Below, piece by piece: positions 18,157-27,117 of a DNA stretch of 43,511 nt. Position 1 is the first letter of the stretch. Each line of letters opens with the position of its first letter. A program made the position numbers and the translations under genes. This DNA is from a virus (lineage: Duplodnaviria; Caudoviricetes), in IMG/VR virus record IMGVR_UViG_3300032269_000372, positions 1-43,511 of that record. One strand, written 5' to 3'. The notes beneath the pieces are model-generated. The model saw only the letters and a program-made list of their open reading frames with translations. It had not been told where the DNA came from and did no database searches.

Positions 18157-19958
18157 TACTGCTGATTCTGTCCTTGGTCCTGATTACCCATAGCCGAAAG
18201 CATCCGCATGTTTTCCTGATCTGCGCCCTGCCGGGTAGCGCCAGACACATTCTCGCGAATTGTCGTTCTGCTGGTCACGGGAGACTGGAGCGGACGTTCG
18301 CCGGCTCCGGCACCCTGCTGCTGATTCATCATGTCCATCTCGCCCTGGGGAATCCGCTCCAGGATCTGCTCCATCTCTGGGATGTTGGAGTACCGAGCCA
18401 TGATCTTCATGAACTCGTCCATGTTGACTCCGATGCCACGCTGCTGAAGTTGCGGTGTCATCGGGACAACGAAGTTCGTCATCATCTGGGAGATGGTCTG
18501 GAGACGTTCGGTGGGCGTGCGGCTCTGCATGGAGTACGGCGCGATCTCCACCATGTAGTCAAGAAGATCGCCCTCTCGGATGTCCTGACTGAACTCCACC
18601 GGGATGGAGAAGTCCGTACCGGCAACCTTCTTGATGACCTTCGGGATGCTGATCGGGTCGTTCCAGAGGTAGTCGGCAAGCGACTCGATAACCTTCCTAA
18701 CGGCCGTCGTAGTCCTATCCTGCATATCCGCGATCAACATGTTTGCCGAACGCTGGATCAGGCTTTCCTGTCCAACCGTGTTCGCTTGGCGGCCAAGACC
18801 ACCCAGAGCATCAAGGTTGCCGCCCAGATACACAAACAGATCTTTGAGTTGGAGGAGAAATGCAATACTCTGAGAATCGGGTCCACCATACCGGACTTCC
18901 TTCGATGCCTGCGGATTGTCAGAACGAATCATGTCGCCATCGTTTGCCTCAAGCAGACGACGACCATCTTCCTCTGCGCCATTCGCAATGATGGTCACGG
19001 TCTTCTGTCGATCAGCCTGCCGGACGAGTTTGCGGAAAACGCGATTGGATGCGTCATGCAGGTCGAGCATTGCCTGCGCAGGCGGCAGCGGCATCAGATT
19101 GCCGGGGACATCACCGAATGCAAGAATGTGGTACGGGCCGTATTCGGGGCCATCCCAATCAACCACACGAATAACAGTTCCACCCGCAGGACCATTTCCA
19201 TCCGTTACCTGCACGGTCACCATCAGGTTGTCGTAGGGAAGCCATATGTCCCATAGTTCAACAAGATCCATGTAAGTACGCTGGCTACCCCATGCACCAA
19301 GTCCGCCAGTCTGAAGGATCGACACCTTCTCGTCGCCGGTTTCGTTGTAATCGGTTGCGCGCCTAGGAGTAAGTTGTTCGTTTCCAAAGATCTTGAGATC
19401 CATCGCTGCTTCATAGGGAAGCGTGTAGCGGTTGCCAACAAACTGGCAAAGATCCCATGACTTTGCGTTCATGTCGAACACAAAGTCATCGAAATCAACG
19501 ACATCAGCAAACGGAAGACCTGCATCATGGGTGTAGCCCTCGATCTCCTGCTGATTGCCTGGAGAGATGCCAACCTTCATGATGCCGATGGAGAACATCG
19601 CATCAATCACCCAACGCGAAATCGATGACTCAAGATCAATCTCCTTGATCAGCCAGTTCAACGCCAACTCGAAGTCGGCGGCAGTATGCGCGAGTTTCGG
19701 ATCACGCGACACAATGATTGCTTGCGGAGCGCGAGCAGCAACCTGGCGGCGATAGATGTTCACTGCCATCTGCATGAGGTTCAGCGGAACTTTGTCGCTG
19801 GAACCCATCTCGCCATAGTTGCTGCCGACATACGCTCGCACCGCAGCAAGTCGCTGCTCTCGAAACACCTGCATGCGGTAGCGAGAAAACTCTACGGCTT
19901 GGAGGAGCCGAGAAGTCTTCTCGTCATCAAGAGTGAGGTCGCGCTTCTTCTTTGCCAT
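18156..19958 (-). CDS. Portal protein (600 aa)
   Basis: Downstream of TerL; size and motifs (GIMKVG, VELWDIW, NTVGQESLI) fit podovirus-type portals. Confidence 0.85.
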   Translation of the reverse strand: MAKKKRDLTLDDEKTSRLLQAVEFSRYRMQVFREQRLAAVRAYVGSNYGEMGSSDKVPLNLMQMAVNIYRRQVAARAPQAIIVSRDPKLAHTAADFELALNWLIKEIDLESSISRWVIDAMFSIGIMKVGISPGNQQEIEGYTHDAGLPFADVVDFDDFVFDMNAKSWDLCQFVGNRYTLPYEAAMDLKIFGNEQLTPRRATDYNETGDEKVSILQTGGLGAWGSQRTYMDLVELWDIWLPYDNLMVTVQVTDGNGPAGGTVIRVVDWDGPEYGPYHILAFGDVPGNLMPLPPAQAMLDLHDASNRVFRKLVRQADRQKTVTIIANGAEEDGRRLLEANDGDMIRSDNPQASKEVRYGGPDSQSIAFLLQLKDLFVYLGGNLDALGGLGRQANTVGQESLIQRSANMLIADMQDRTTTAVRKVIESLADYLWNDPISIPKVIKKVAGTDFSIPVEFSQDIREGDLLDYMVEIAPYSMQSRTPTERLQTISQMMTNFVVPMTPQLQQRGIGVNMDEFMKIMARYSNIPEMEQILERIPQGEMDMMNQQQGAGAGERPLQSPVTSRTTIRENVSGATRQGADQENMRMLSAMGNQDQGQNQQ

Positions 19959-19962
19959 TAGA

Positions 19963-20091
19963 TTAGGTCCACCCGCGCTTCATCTTCGCGTAGATCTTGG
20001 GATCAATGGTTGACTTGGACTTCGGACGGCTGGTGCCAGCAGCCTTCCGTGCGTTGATGTTGTCGTACAGCCCACGCTTCTTCTTCGCCAT
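19963..20091 (-). CDS. 42-aa basic protein MAKKKRGLYDNINARKAAGTSRPKSKSTIDPKIYAKMKRGWT
   Basis: Hand translation; TAATG coupling to the TerL stop; fills the TerL-portal gap. Confidence 0.8.
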   Translation of the reverse strand: MAKKKRGLYDNINARKAAGTSRPKSKSTIDPKIYAKMKRGWT

Positions 20092-21815
20092 TACCATTCC
20101 GTCTGCTTGAGTTTCCGCTGCTGATATTTCAATCGCCGCCACGCCAGAGTACCAATCTGCATTGAAACGTCTGGAAGTTTCTGCTGTGCTTTACCACGCA
20201 TTCCCTTCCAGCACAAGGCATCGGCGGTCGGGCGGTCGCCATGATTCTCCCGCGCGCCCGATGGGTCGGGGGTTGCCAGGCTCCGCCCATGGACCACCCA
20301 TCCGCTGTCGGAATAGATGATTTCCTTGCATTCCCGCAGGGAATCAGCAGACATATTCATGAACTCGCCCTCATTCAGGGCGCGCCGGTACTCGCCGTAC
20401 AACGACCGCTTCTCGTCCTTTGTAGGCCACCAGCCGGGAATTGTCCCGGTCTTGGCGTTGATTTGCAGTTCGTTCTTTCGGAAATAGACGTTCCGGTACC
20501 CGGCCTGAATCACGACATCGCCAAAGTTTCGACCGGGGCCGGGGGCTTCCCAGATCATGTGGGCCTCCCGTCCCATGCCCTTGAACCACCGGCCAAGCGC
20601 TACCGCCAGCCGGCCGAGTTCGTCTGGCCGAATCTTCGGATTGACGTACTCGGCCACCTTCTGGCCGGTCATGCAGTCCCCGATGGTGATCGCACTGTTG
20701 CTCGAACCAGTGCCGGTAGCAATGTCAACGCCGATAGCGTAATTGCGGTCCGTCGGCAGCATAAAGCCGAGCGTTGGGTTGATCCAGAGTTTGAGCCGGC
20801 CATTGCCCGCAGCGACGAACTCCTTCGGCTCAAGCGACACCGGGTCAAAGACAAGATCGCCACGCAGGAGGGGAGGTGCTGCCTTCAGGAGGAGGCGGTC
20901 GATCATGGACGCATCGAAGAACAGGTAGTCGCTACCCGCGAAGTCGATGTCCAGTTCCTGCGCGATCTCGGTCGCGTTCGCACAGCGCATGCACTCCTTG
21001 TCGTACCAAGGGCTGCGCATCTTGTTGTTGCCATCCGTGTACAGGCCATTGGCCTTCACGGGATGCTGCGACCAATGCATGCGCACCTGCTTCATGTCCG
21101 GCTTCTGGGCCAGGTCATAGAAAGCATTCGCACTTCCATTGGGAGTCGAGTTGAAGATGCGGCACTTCGTTGCGTCACGGGTCGCGCTCAGCGCGCGGTA
21201 TCCGTCGCTCGACTCGAATGCGGCAAACTCATCAAGCATGATGGCGGTACGTCGGTCACCGCGCGCAACGTCGCCGGTCGTTGACTCTCCGTCGATGCTT
21301 GAACCGTTGTCGTCGTTGGACATGCGCAGTCGAGTGCGCGTCATGTTTGGCAGCAACCAACCCGGCATGTTCTTGTGCAGGAAGTCGAACTTCCAGAACA
21401 GGCTCTTCGGGTTGCCGGCCTTGTCCACATAGTCCTCGTTGCGGCTGACGCACAGGAAACTCTGCCCATGGACAAACCGCCATCGGTGCTGGAACACCGT
21501 GAGAATCAGCCACGATGCGCCCATGTCGCGGCTCTTCGCAAACAGGATGTCTTCGCCAGTATCAATCGACTCGATGACCTTTCCAATCGCGTCATCCTGG
21601 AACGGATACGTCAGGAATGGAACTGTCGAGACCTTAAGGCGTGGGTCATACGTCCAGCAGAAGGTGTTGATGTAGAACAGGCAATCCTCTGCGCACATCG
21701 ACAAGATGGTCGCTTTCTCCTTTGGTCCGCTATTGGCGAACTTCAGGAGATCGGATCGGAACCGAAGGTTCGCCTCTCGCTCCTTCGGAACCAGATGCAC
21801 ATGGGGAAACATCAT
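20091..21815 (-). CDS. terL: Terminase large subunit (574 aa)
   Basis: Walker A-like KSRDMGASW, Walker B IMLDEFA, motif III NSTPNG, RNase H-like IGVDIATG and HGDR. Confidence 0.93.
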   Translation of the reverse strand: MMFPHVHLVPKEREANLRFRSDLLKFANSGPKEKATILSMCAEDCLFYINTFCWTYDPRLKVSTVPFLTYPFQDDAIGKVIESIDTGEDILFAKSRDMGASWLILTVFQHRWRFVHGQSFLCVSRNEDYVDKAGNPKSLFWKFDFLHKNMPGWLLPNMTRTRLRMSNDDNGSSIDGESTTGDVARGDRRTAIMLDEFAAFESSDGYRALSATRDATKCRIFNSTPNGSANAFYDLAQKPDMKQVRMHWSQHPVKANGLYTDGNNKMRSPWYDKECMRCANATEIAQELDIDFAGSDYLFFDASMIDRLLLKAAPPLLRGDLVFDPVSLEPKEFVAAGNGRLKLWINPTLGFMLPTDRNYAIGVDIATGTGSSNSAITIGDCMTGQKVAEYVNPKIRPDELGRLAVALGRWFKGMGREAHMIWEAPGPGRNFGDVVIQAGYRNVYFRKNELQINAKTGTIPGWWPTKDEKRSLYGEYRRALNEGEFMNMSADSLRECKEIIYSDSGWVVHGRSLATPDPSGARENHGDRPTADALCWKGMRGKAQQKLPDVSMQIGTLAWRRLKYQQRKLKQTEW

Positions 21816-22078
21816 TCCTGCAACTCGTCGATCACTTCGCCGGCATCCTCAATCTTCATCTTCCTCACGAAGACCGGCGTTCCATGGCCGACCCATCCGC
21901 CGACGACGTTGAACTCAAAGTACTCCTCGGCCTCGTCCTCTTCCATGCCATCGCGTTCCATCAGGATCTTGATGCACTCGTCCCGGTCATAGATCGCGAA
22001 GTGTCGGGTGTACTGCTGACCGATGCCAATGAACGCATCCTCGAATCCATCAGCCATCATGATTACGTCGGTGGTCAT
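21812..22078 (-). CDS. Conserved acidic phage protein (88 aa)
   Basis: ADGFEDAFIG...YDRDECIKILM..DGM..DEAEEYFEFNVVGGWVG..TPVF, a pattern I recall from many aquatic phages. Confidence 0.8.
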   Translation of the reverse strand: MTTDVIMMADGFEDAFIGIGQQYTRHFAIYDRDECIKILMERDGMEEDEAEEYFEFNVVGGWVGHGTPVFVRKMKIEDAGEVIDELQE

Positions 22079-22368
22079 CCTTCACCCTCGTACAAGATTC
22101 TCTGCATCTCTTTCCTCCTGCATTCGTTCAGGAGGACATGCAACCGAAGGATCTCGGCCTGCATCCAAGTCTGCTCTCGCATCTCCTTGGACAGTTCGAC
22201 ACGAAGGTTCACGATCTCGTCCTTACATTCAGCGAGAAGAACTTCCGCCTGTTTGCAGCGGGGTGCCGTGAATCGCTCAACCTTCTCAACAATGTCCAGG
22301 TCGATGTCCTCCTCAACAAGAAGACTATCGTCAACCCATGTGAAATCATTCAGAACTTTCTTTGGCAC
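22075..22368 (-). CDS. Hypothetical coiled-coil protein (97 aa)
   Basis: ATGA-coupled; GTG start with GGAG upstream. Confidence 0.6.
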   Translation of the reverse strand: MPKKVLNDFTWVDDSLLVEEDIDLDIVEKVERFTAPRCKQAEVLLAECKDEIVNLRVELSKEMREQTWMQAEILRLHVLLNECRRKEMQRILYEGEG

Positions 22369-22978
22369 CCATCGCTCCTTCAGAGATCATGCGGACCCGT
22401 TCGATCAACTCCAGCACGGACGACCCATCATCGGACAGGCGCTCGGCTGCCTCCAACTGCTGCTTGCTCGGCATCATCTTTGCCCAGATCTGACCCCAGA
22501 ACTGTGCCTCGTTCTGGTTTGACCGGCGCGCCCACGAAAGCATGCTCCATGCCTCCATGCTCGGCGCATCCTCGGCCCTGGGATCCGCAACCATCATCTG
22601 CTTCGCCACCCACTCGACCGTCTTCGTGATCGAGCAACTGCGTTCCCCAAATACCTCCGCAGCAACACGCCCGACCGAGTCCGGCGCGCCGGACTTCCCT
22701 AGTCCTTCCACCGGCTCCGAAACTCCATCTCGTCCATCACCGTCACGATCGCCAGAGTCAAGACCATTCCCACCGGTATCCCCAATGCCGTGTACACCCA
22801 CTCCATTCGTCACCTCCTCGTATGCTCGAAACCACGCCTCAGGGGCAGGCATACCTCCAGCCTTTAGCCCCTCACGCCTATCCACGAACACCTGCCACAG
22901 CCCGCGCTCCACAAGTTCGGCACGCTGCGCAACCTTGTTCTTGCGATGCCGAAACTGGTCGTCAGAGATCCGTGCCAT
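22346..22978 (-). CDS. Putative terminase small subunit (210 aa)
   Basis: First gene of the late operon upstream of TerL; ATG 22978 (MARISDDQFRHRK...). Function inferred from position. Confidence 0.55.
   Translation of the reverse strand: MARISDDQFRHRKNKVAQRAELVERGLWQVFVDRREGLKAGGMPAPEAWFRAYEEVTNGVGVHGIGDTGGNGLDSGDRDGDGRDGVSEPVEGLGKSGAPDSVGRVAAEVFGERSCSITKTVEWVAKQMMVADPRAEDAPSMEAWSMLSWARRSNQNEAQFWGQIWAKMMPSKQQLEAAERLSDDGSSVLELIERVRMISEGAMGAKESSE
22679..22694. repeat. 16-bp palindrome copy 4 (in putative terS, SGAPD)
   Basis: Exact match. Confidence 0.97.
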
Positions 22979-22986
22979 AGGTTGTA

Positions 22987-22995
22987 AGTCTACCA
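22987..22995 (-). promoter_or_regulatory. Possible extended -10 (TGGTAGACT) for a near-leaderless late transcript
   Basis: TGn-TAGACT 8 nt upstream of ATG 22978; no SD sequence before that ATG. Confidence 0.35.
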
Positions 22996-23390
22996 CGAGT
23001 TGATTTATGGTGTGGGGGGTGGGGGTATATCTGGCGCGATGAACGTGCCGGTCATCGCGGTTTGATTTTCGCAGGCCCGGGTGTTGGCGCGCATGACGCC
23101 CGCGCCCCGGAGCGCGCACGTCGCGCGGTCGCGAGCGCGAGCCTCCCCACCGCGACCCCCGCGGCCGCCCAGCCGGCTCGCCCTGGCACCGGCCAGCCGG
23201 CACGGCGGCACGACCACCACCCCGGCGCGGTGCATGCGGTCAGGGCGGCGCGGTGCGCGTCATGCGGGTGGACCGTCCGGCGGGGGCGACCGGGCGCAGA
23301 GAGAGGAACGCGCGCGCATGCGCGTCGGGCTGAGGCGGGGTGGGCGGACTACCCCCCGCTCCCCACCCACCCCATGACCATGCCCATGGG

Positions 23391-23406
23391 GTCCGGCGCG
23401 CCGGAC
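23391..23406. repeat. 16-bp palindrome copy 5 (intergenic, 14 bp upstream of the early -35 box)
   Basis: Exact match. Confidence 0.97.
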
Positions 23407-23420
23407 TGGCAAGTTCACAC

Positions 23421-23449
23421 TTGACACTCCCGGCGCATGCGTGTATGCT
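23421..23449 (+). promoter_or_regulatory. Sigma70-like early promoter TTGACA-N17-TATGCT
   Basis: Perfect -35 box, 17-nt spacer and near-consensus -10 upstream of the first plus-strand gene. Confidence 0.8.
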
Positions 23450-23490
23450 CTCGCCATGGGCGCGTCGTGAGCCCTCCGTCACCACCCCCT

Positions 23491-23500
23491 ACTGGGAGAC
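23491..23500 (+). promoter_or_regulatory. Start-associated motif ACTGGGAGAC, copy 1
   Basis: 7 nt before ATG 23508. Confidence 0.85.
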
Positions 23501-23507
23501 TCTCGCC

Positions 23508-23888
23508 ATGCCTACCGTCCGCAAGCCCCGCCCCATCCAGTCCTACACCCCCTCGCCGTGGGCTGACCAGTACGTCCGGTTCGTGGAACTGGTCGCGACC
23601 ACCGCGCCAGATCAGGACGCCGCCATCGAAACCGTGACCCTCGCGTTCGGCTGCATGGCGCACCTCGCCAACATCGGCGGCGACGCCTACACCGTCGCGC
23701 GCAATGCCGCGATCGACTACGTCTGCTGCCTGTACTGGCGTCGGCTCGTCGTGCGCGCCTCCAACGTGCGCCCTCAAGACTTGGGACCCCATCAGACCGT
23801 GAGCGAGGCTCTCGTCGCATGCGGGGAGCGGCGCGCCACGCTGTGGGACGCCCTGAAGGACGTGCGCCCGTCCCTCGCCCTGACCTGA
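23508..23888 (+). CDS. Early hypothetical protein (126 aa)
   Basis: Preceded by promoter and motif; high third-position GC. Confidence 0.75.
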   Translation: MPTVRKPRPIQSYTPSPWADQYVRFVELVATTAPDQDAAIETVTLAFGCMAHLANIGGDAYTVARNAAIDYVCCLYWRRLVVRASNVRPQDLGPHQTVSEALVACGERRATLWDALKDVRPSLALT

Positions 23889-23967
23889 CGCGACCGCGCA
23901 CCGCGCACCGTCCCCGCGACGGTGCCGGATGCGACGGCCGCGTCGGCCCCGCACACTTCACCCCCTG

Positions 23968-23977
23968 ACTGGGAGAC
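23968..23977 (+). promoter_or_regulatory. Start-associated motif ACTGGGAGAC, copy 2
   Basis: 7 nt before ATG 23985. Confidence 0.85.
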
Positions 23978-23984
23978 ACTCACC

Positions 23985-25391
23985 ATGGCACGCAAGGCAC
24001 CCGTCACCGCATTCACCTCCGACCGTGGATCTCGCTACCTGTTCCTCAACGGCTCCGGCGTCCGCGACGCCTACAACAAGTGGGCGCAGGAGCGCGCCGG
24101 GTTTGGGTTCCCCCAGTCCCTCGCCAACTTCGCCAAGATCGCTCTGCTGCGGCGCCATGGCAATGGCCCGATCGAACTGGTGGTCAAGCCCTCCGCCACC
24201 TCCGCCTACTCCACCATCCGCATCGGCGCGGGAGCCGACAATGCCGGGACCGCGCTGCGCGACCTGCTGATCAGCGACGGCGGCATCGTGCCGGGCGTCG
24301 CGGCCATGGCACGGTCCGCTGTACTGGGGCAGGTCGATGAGTACGAAGCGCCGTTCGATTCGATCTTCGCCACCCTGAGCGCGGAGGCGCAGGAGGAACC
24401 GCAGGAGCAACCCAAGCGGCAGGAGCGGCGTCCCGACGTGGAGCGCGCGCCGCAGGGCGCACCGAACGGCGCCGGGCTACTGGACGCCTTCGGAGACTTC
24501 GGCAAGGCGATCAACGGCGCCATCGTCACCGTCGTGGAGCGCGCGATCGCTGACCTGCCCAAGGGCGGGAACGCCGTCACCGTCACCGTCCCCGGCTACA
24601 CCGCCGTCACCCTGCCCGACGGCGAGGTGATGCATGAGGAGTTCCCGTCCCTCCTGCTCCGCTGCACGGCGCAGAAGCCCAAAGACCGGAACGTCCTGCT
24701 CGTTGGCGCGCGAGGCTCAGGCAAGACGCATGCAGCCGAACAGGTGGCGCGTTCGCTTGGCCTCGCGTTCGACGCCGTCAGCATGAGCGGCGGGACGACG
24801 GAGCGCGCATTTTGGGGGACCACCACCATCCGCGACGGCAACATGGTTTGGAAGCCCTCGCGCTTCGTTGAGATGTTCCGCGCGGGTGGCGTGTTCCTGA
24901 TCGACGAACTCGACAAGGCGGACCCGACGGTCGTGACCGCCTTGAACATGGCTACCTCCAACGGCTACATCTGCCCCGTCGATTCCGACGAGCGCATCGT
25001 CCGCCACGACCAGTTCATCGTCGTGGCAGGTGCCAACGCCCTTGCGTCGGACCGCGCGTACACCGGGTCCACGCGACTGGACGCATCCTCCCTTGATCGC
25101 TTCGCCATCATGCGGTGGGACTACAGCCCGGCCATCACCGCGCGCGTCGCGGCTGAATGCGGCGACGCCCGTGCCGCTGACTGGATCGTCCGCCTGACCG
25201 ACGCCATGCGCGCCCGGATCGAATCCAAGGGATGGCGCGGCGAGGTGGAGTGGGGAACGCGCACCGTGGCGCGCGTCGCGTCGTGGATCCGCGCCGGGCA
25301 GTCCCGCGCCCAAGCCGTCGCCATGGAGACGGGCGCCATGGCACCGAACGTCCGGGCCGAACTGGAACAGGTGGCGCGCTCCGTCGCCTGA
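23985..25391 (+). CDS. MoxR/CbbQ-like AAA+ ATPase (468 aa)
   Basis: Walker A GARGSGKT, Walker B FLIDELDK, sensor-1 VAGAN, LDASSLDRF Arg finger, sensor-2-like GTR. Confidence 0.88.
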   Translation: MARKAPVTAFTSDRGSRYLFLNGSGVRDAYNKWAQERAGFGFPQSLANFAKIALLRRHGNGPIELVVKPSATSAYSTIRIGAGADNAGTALRDLLISDGGIVPGVAAMARSAVLGQVDEYEAPFDSIFATLSAEAQEEPQEQPKRQERRPDVERAPQGAPNGAGLLDAFGDFGKAINGAIVTVVERAIADLPKGGNAVTVTVPGYTAVTLPDGEVMHEEFPSLLLRCTAQKPKDRNVLLVGARGSGKTHAAEQVARSLGLAFDAVSMSGGTTERAFWGTTTIRDGNMVWKPSRFVEMFRAGGVFLIDELDKADPTVVTALNMATSNGYICPVDSDERIVRHDQFIVVAGANALASDRAYTGSTRLDASSLDRFAIMRWDYSPAITARVAAECGDARAADWIVRLTDAMRARIESKGWRGEVEWGTRTVARVASWIRAGQSRAQAVAMETGAMAPNVRAELEQVARSVA

Positions 25392-25407
25392 CGCTACAAT
25401 CGCACCT

Positions 25408-25417
25408 ACTGGGAGAC
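25408..25417 (+). promoter_or_regulatory. Start-associated motif ACTGGGAGAC, copy 3
   Basis: 6 nt before ATG 25424. Confidence 0.85.
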
Positions 25418-25423
25418 ACACCG

Positions 25424-26386
25424 ATGACCACCAAGAACACCACCCCTGAGATGACCGAATCCGCCTACCGCGCCATGCTTGATCGGCGCGACTGCCCCCC
25501 GACGATCGTGTCGTGGGGGAAGGACACGACCGTCCTGACGTACCAGTCCCTTGCGTCGGCGTTGGACCACGCCCGTCGCGGCACGGACTACATGCATGAG
25601 GAGGCGCGCGCCGCATGGGAGACGTACCGCGAGGCGCACAACGGCAAGGGCCGACGCGACCGCGACTGGCACGGCGGCGTGTGGTCGTTCGCTGACTGGG
25701 AGCGCACCACCAAGGCGCCACCTGCCGCGCTCGTTGCCAACGTGGACGCATGCCTCGCCGCGCTTGACGCCGTGCCGCTGCCGATGCGCGAGGCGCCCCG
25801 TCGGCGGAACGTGCGCCACCTTGACGAGGGCGACACGTTGGACGCCTTCCGCATGGTGGAGGATCACAACCTAGACCGCGCATGGTCTGAGCGGAGGCGC
25901 AGCACCAGGGCGAGGCCGTCCCTTCGCATCGTCCTCAACGGCGGCATCAACTGCAACCTAGACGAGCGCAGCCTTGCATGGCGCGGCGCTGCCGCCCTCG
26001 CGATCGCCCGGCGCGCGGAGGACTGCGGTGCCGACGTGGAGATCATCGTCGCCGTCAACTGGACCCGCTGCGCGACCGACACCATGCGCGACGTGGTCGC
26101 ATCGTGGTGCGTCAAGGAACGCGGCGCATACGCGGACCGCGACACTCTCACCGCGTACTGCTGCCACTTTGCATCGTTCCGGTGGTTCGCGTGGTGCCTC
26201 ATGGCGCAGAACATGCCGGGCCACCGGGTGTGCAGCGCATGGGGCCGCATGGAGCGCCTCGCCGGGCGCGTCGATCACCTGAAGGCAGACGTGATCGTGG
26301 ACTACGGCGTCACGACGCGCGAGACTGCAATCGCCCTGATGCAGAAGGCCACGGAGATCATCGAAGCGCAGCGGGGCGCGGACTGA
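25424..26386 (+). CDS. Putative VWA-like partner of the MoxR-type ATPase (320 aa)
   Basis: Adjacent to the AAA+ gene; DEGDTLD then beta strand LRIVLNGGINC and helix WRGAAALAIARRAE, reminiscent of a degenerate VWA core. Confidence 0.6.
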   Translation: MTTKNTTPEMTESAYRAMLDRRDCPPTIVSWGKDTTVLTYQSLASALDHARRGTDYMHEEARAAWETYREAHNGKGRRDRDWHGGVWSFADWERTTKAPPAALVANVDACLAALDAVPLPMREAPRRRNVRHLDEGDTLDAFRMVEDHNLDRAWSERRRSTRARPSLRIVLNGGINCNLDERSLAWRGAAALAIARRAEDCGADVEIIVAVNWTRCATDTMRDVVASWCVKERGAYADRDTLTAYCCHFASFRWFAWCLMAQNMPGHRVCSAWGRMERLAGRVDHLKADVIVDYGVTTRETAIALMQKATEIIEAQRGAD

Positions 26387-26466
26387 CGCGGCACGGGTCG
26401 CATGCACGGCGGACCTGCCCGTCGTGCATGCATCCCGCATCGTGCGGACTGTTGACTGAACCTCTG

Positions 26467-26476
26467 ACTGGGAGAC
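26467..26476 (+). promoter_or_regulatory. Start-associated motif ACTGGGAGAC, copy 4
   Basis: 7 nt before ATG 26484. Confidence 0.85.
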
Positions 26477-26483
26477 TCACACT

Positions 26484-26780
26484 ATGCCTGATGATAAGTC
26501 TGACCGCCTGACCACCGACGATTTGGACTACGCGCTTCACCTCGCGAAGACGGAGCCGCGCGCTAGCGTGTCCTGCTCCCTCACCGTCCTGTACCGCGTG
26601 TTCCTGTCCATGGACTGGGTCGAAGACAATGCCCTGCGCGTCATGCTCGCGAAGATCCTTCACATCAACGAATGCGCCGGGATTCGCGAGGGCATGACCG
26701 ACTACGAGAGCGAGATCTACTCGCGCATGCTTGAGCGCGTGTCGAAGCCCAGCGCCAAGCGCCGGAAGGGCGGTGCATGA
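26484..26780 (+). CDS. Early hypothetical protein (98 aa)
   Basis: Motif-preceded ORF. Confidence 0.75.
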   Translation: MPDDKSDRLTTDDLDYALHLAKTEPRASVSCSLTVLYRVFLSMDWVEDNALRVMLAKILHINECAGIREGMTDYESEIYSRMLERVSKPSAKRRKGGA

Positions 26781-26875
26781 TGGGCGCCCTGCTCGAATTC
26801 GTTGCGTTCACCGGCGTCGCATGCGGATGCATCGGCGCGCTTGGATACTTCATTGAACGGAGGACTGACCGATGA
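26777..26875 (+). CDS. 32-aa TM peptide MMGALLEFVAFTGVACGCIGALGYFIERRTDR
   Basis: ATGA overlaps at both ends; hand translated. Confidence 0.65.
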   Translation: MMGALLEFVAFTGVACGCIGALGYFIERRTDR

Positions 26876-27117
26876 GAATCGACAAAGCAGCAGAGACTGG
26901 CATGCTCCCGCCGTGTGGCATGGGGCGGATCGTTCGCAGCGTTCGGACGCCCATGGGCGTCCAACATGCATGGCGCTATGGTGACCTTGCATGGATCACC
27001 TACGGGGACCGAGTGCGCATGGTCGCACCAGTCGCCGTCGTGATCGACGTGATCGAACGCGAGGCCGTCGCGAATGCGCAGCCGCGCACGACCGGGTGGG
27101 AGGTGGTCGATGTCTGA
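26872..27117 (+). CDS. Hypothetical protein (81 aa)
   Basis: GGAGG RBS; coupled to neighbours. Confidence 0.65.
   Translation: MRIDKAAETGMLPPCGMGRIVRSVRTPMGVQHAWRYGDLAWITYGDRVRMVAPVAVVIDVIEREAVANAQPRTTGWEVVDV

Noticed and set aside
20375-20390. GGCGCGCCGG partial match to the palindrome in terL (similar partials at 23275 and 30488)
   Set aside because: Four or more mismatches over 16 bp; expected by chance in GC-rich DNA.
15708-22629. Long plus-strand ORFs (437, 360, 347, 266 aa) opposite capsid, portal and terminase
   Set aside because: Typical antisense open frames caused by codon bias in GC-rich genes.
22979-23507. Multiple Arg/Ala/Pro-rich ORFs and the upstream extension of putative terS
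   Set aside because: Low-complexity translations of very GC-rich non-coding DNA; better starts exist at 22978 and 23508.
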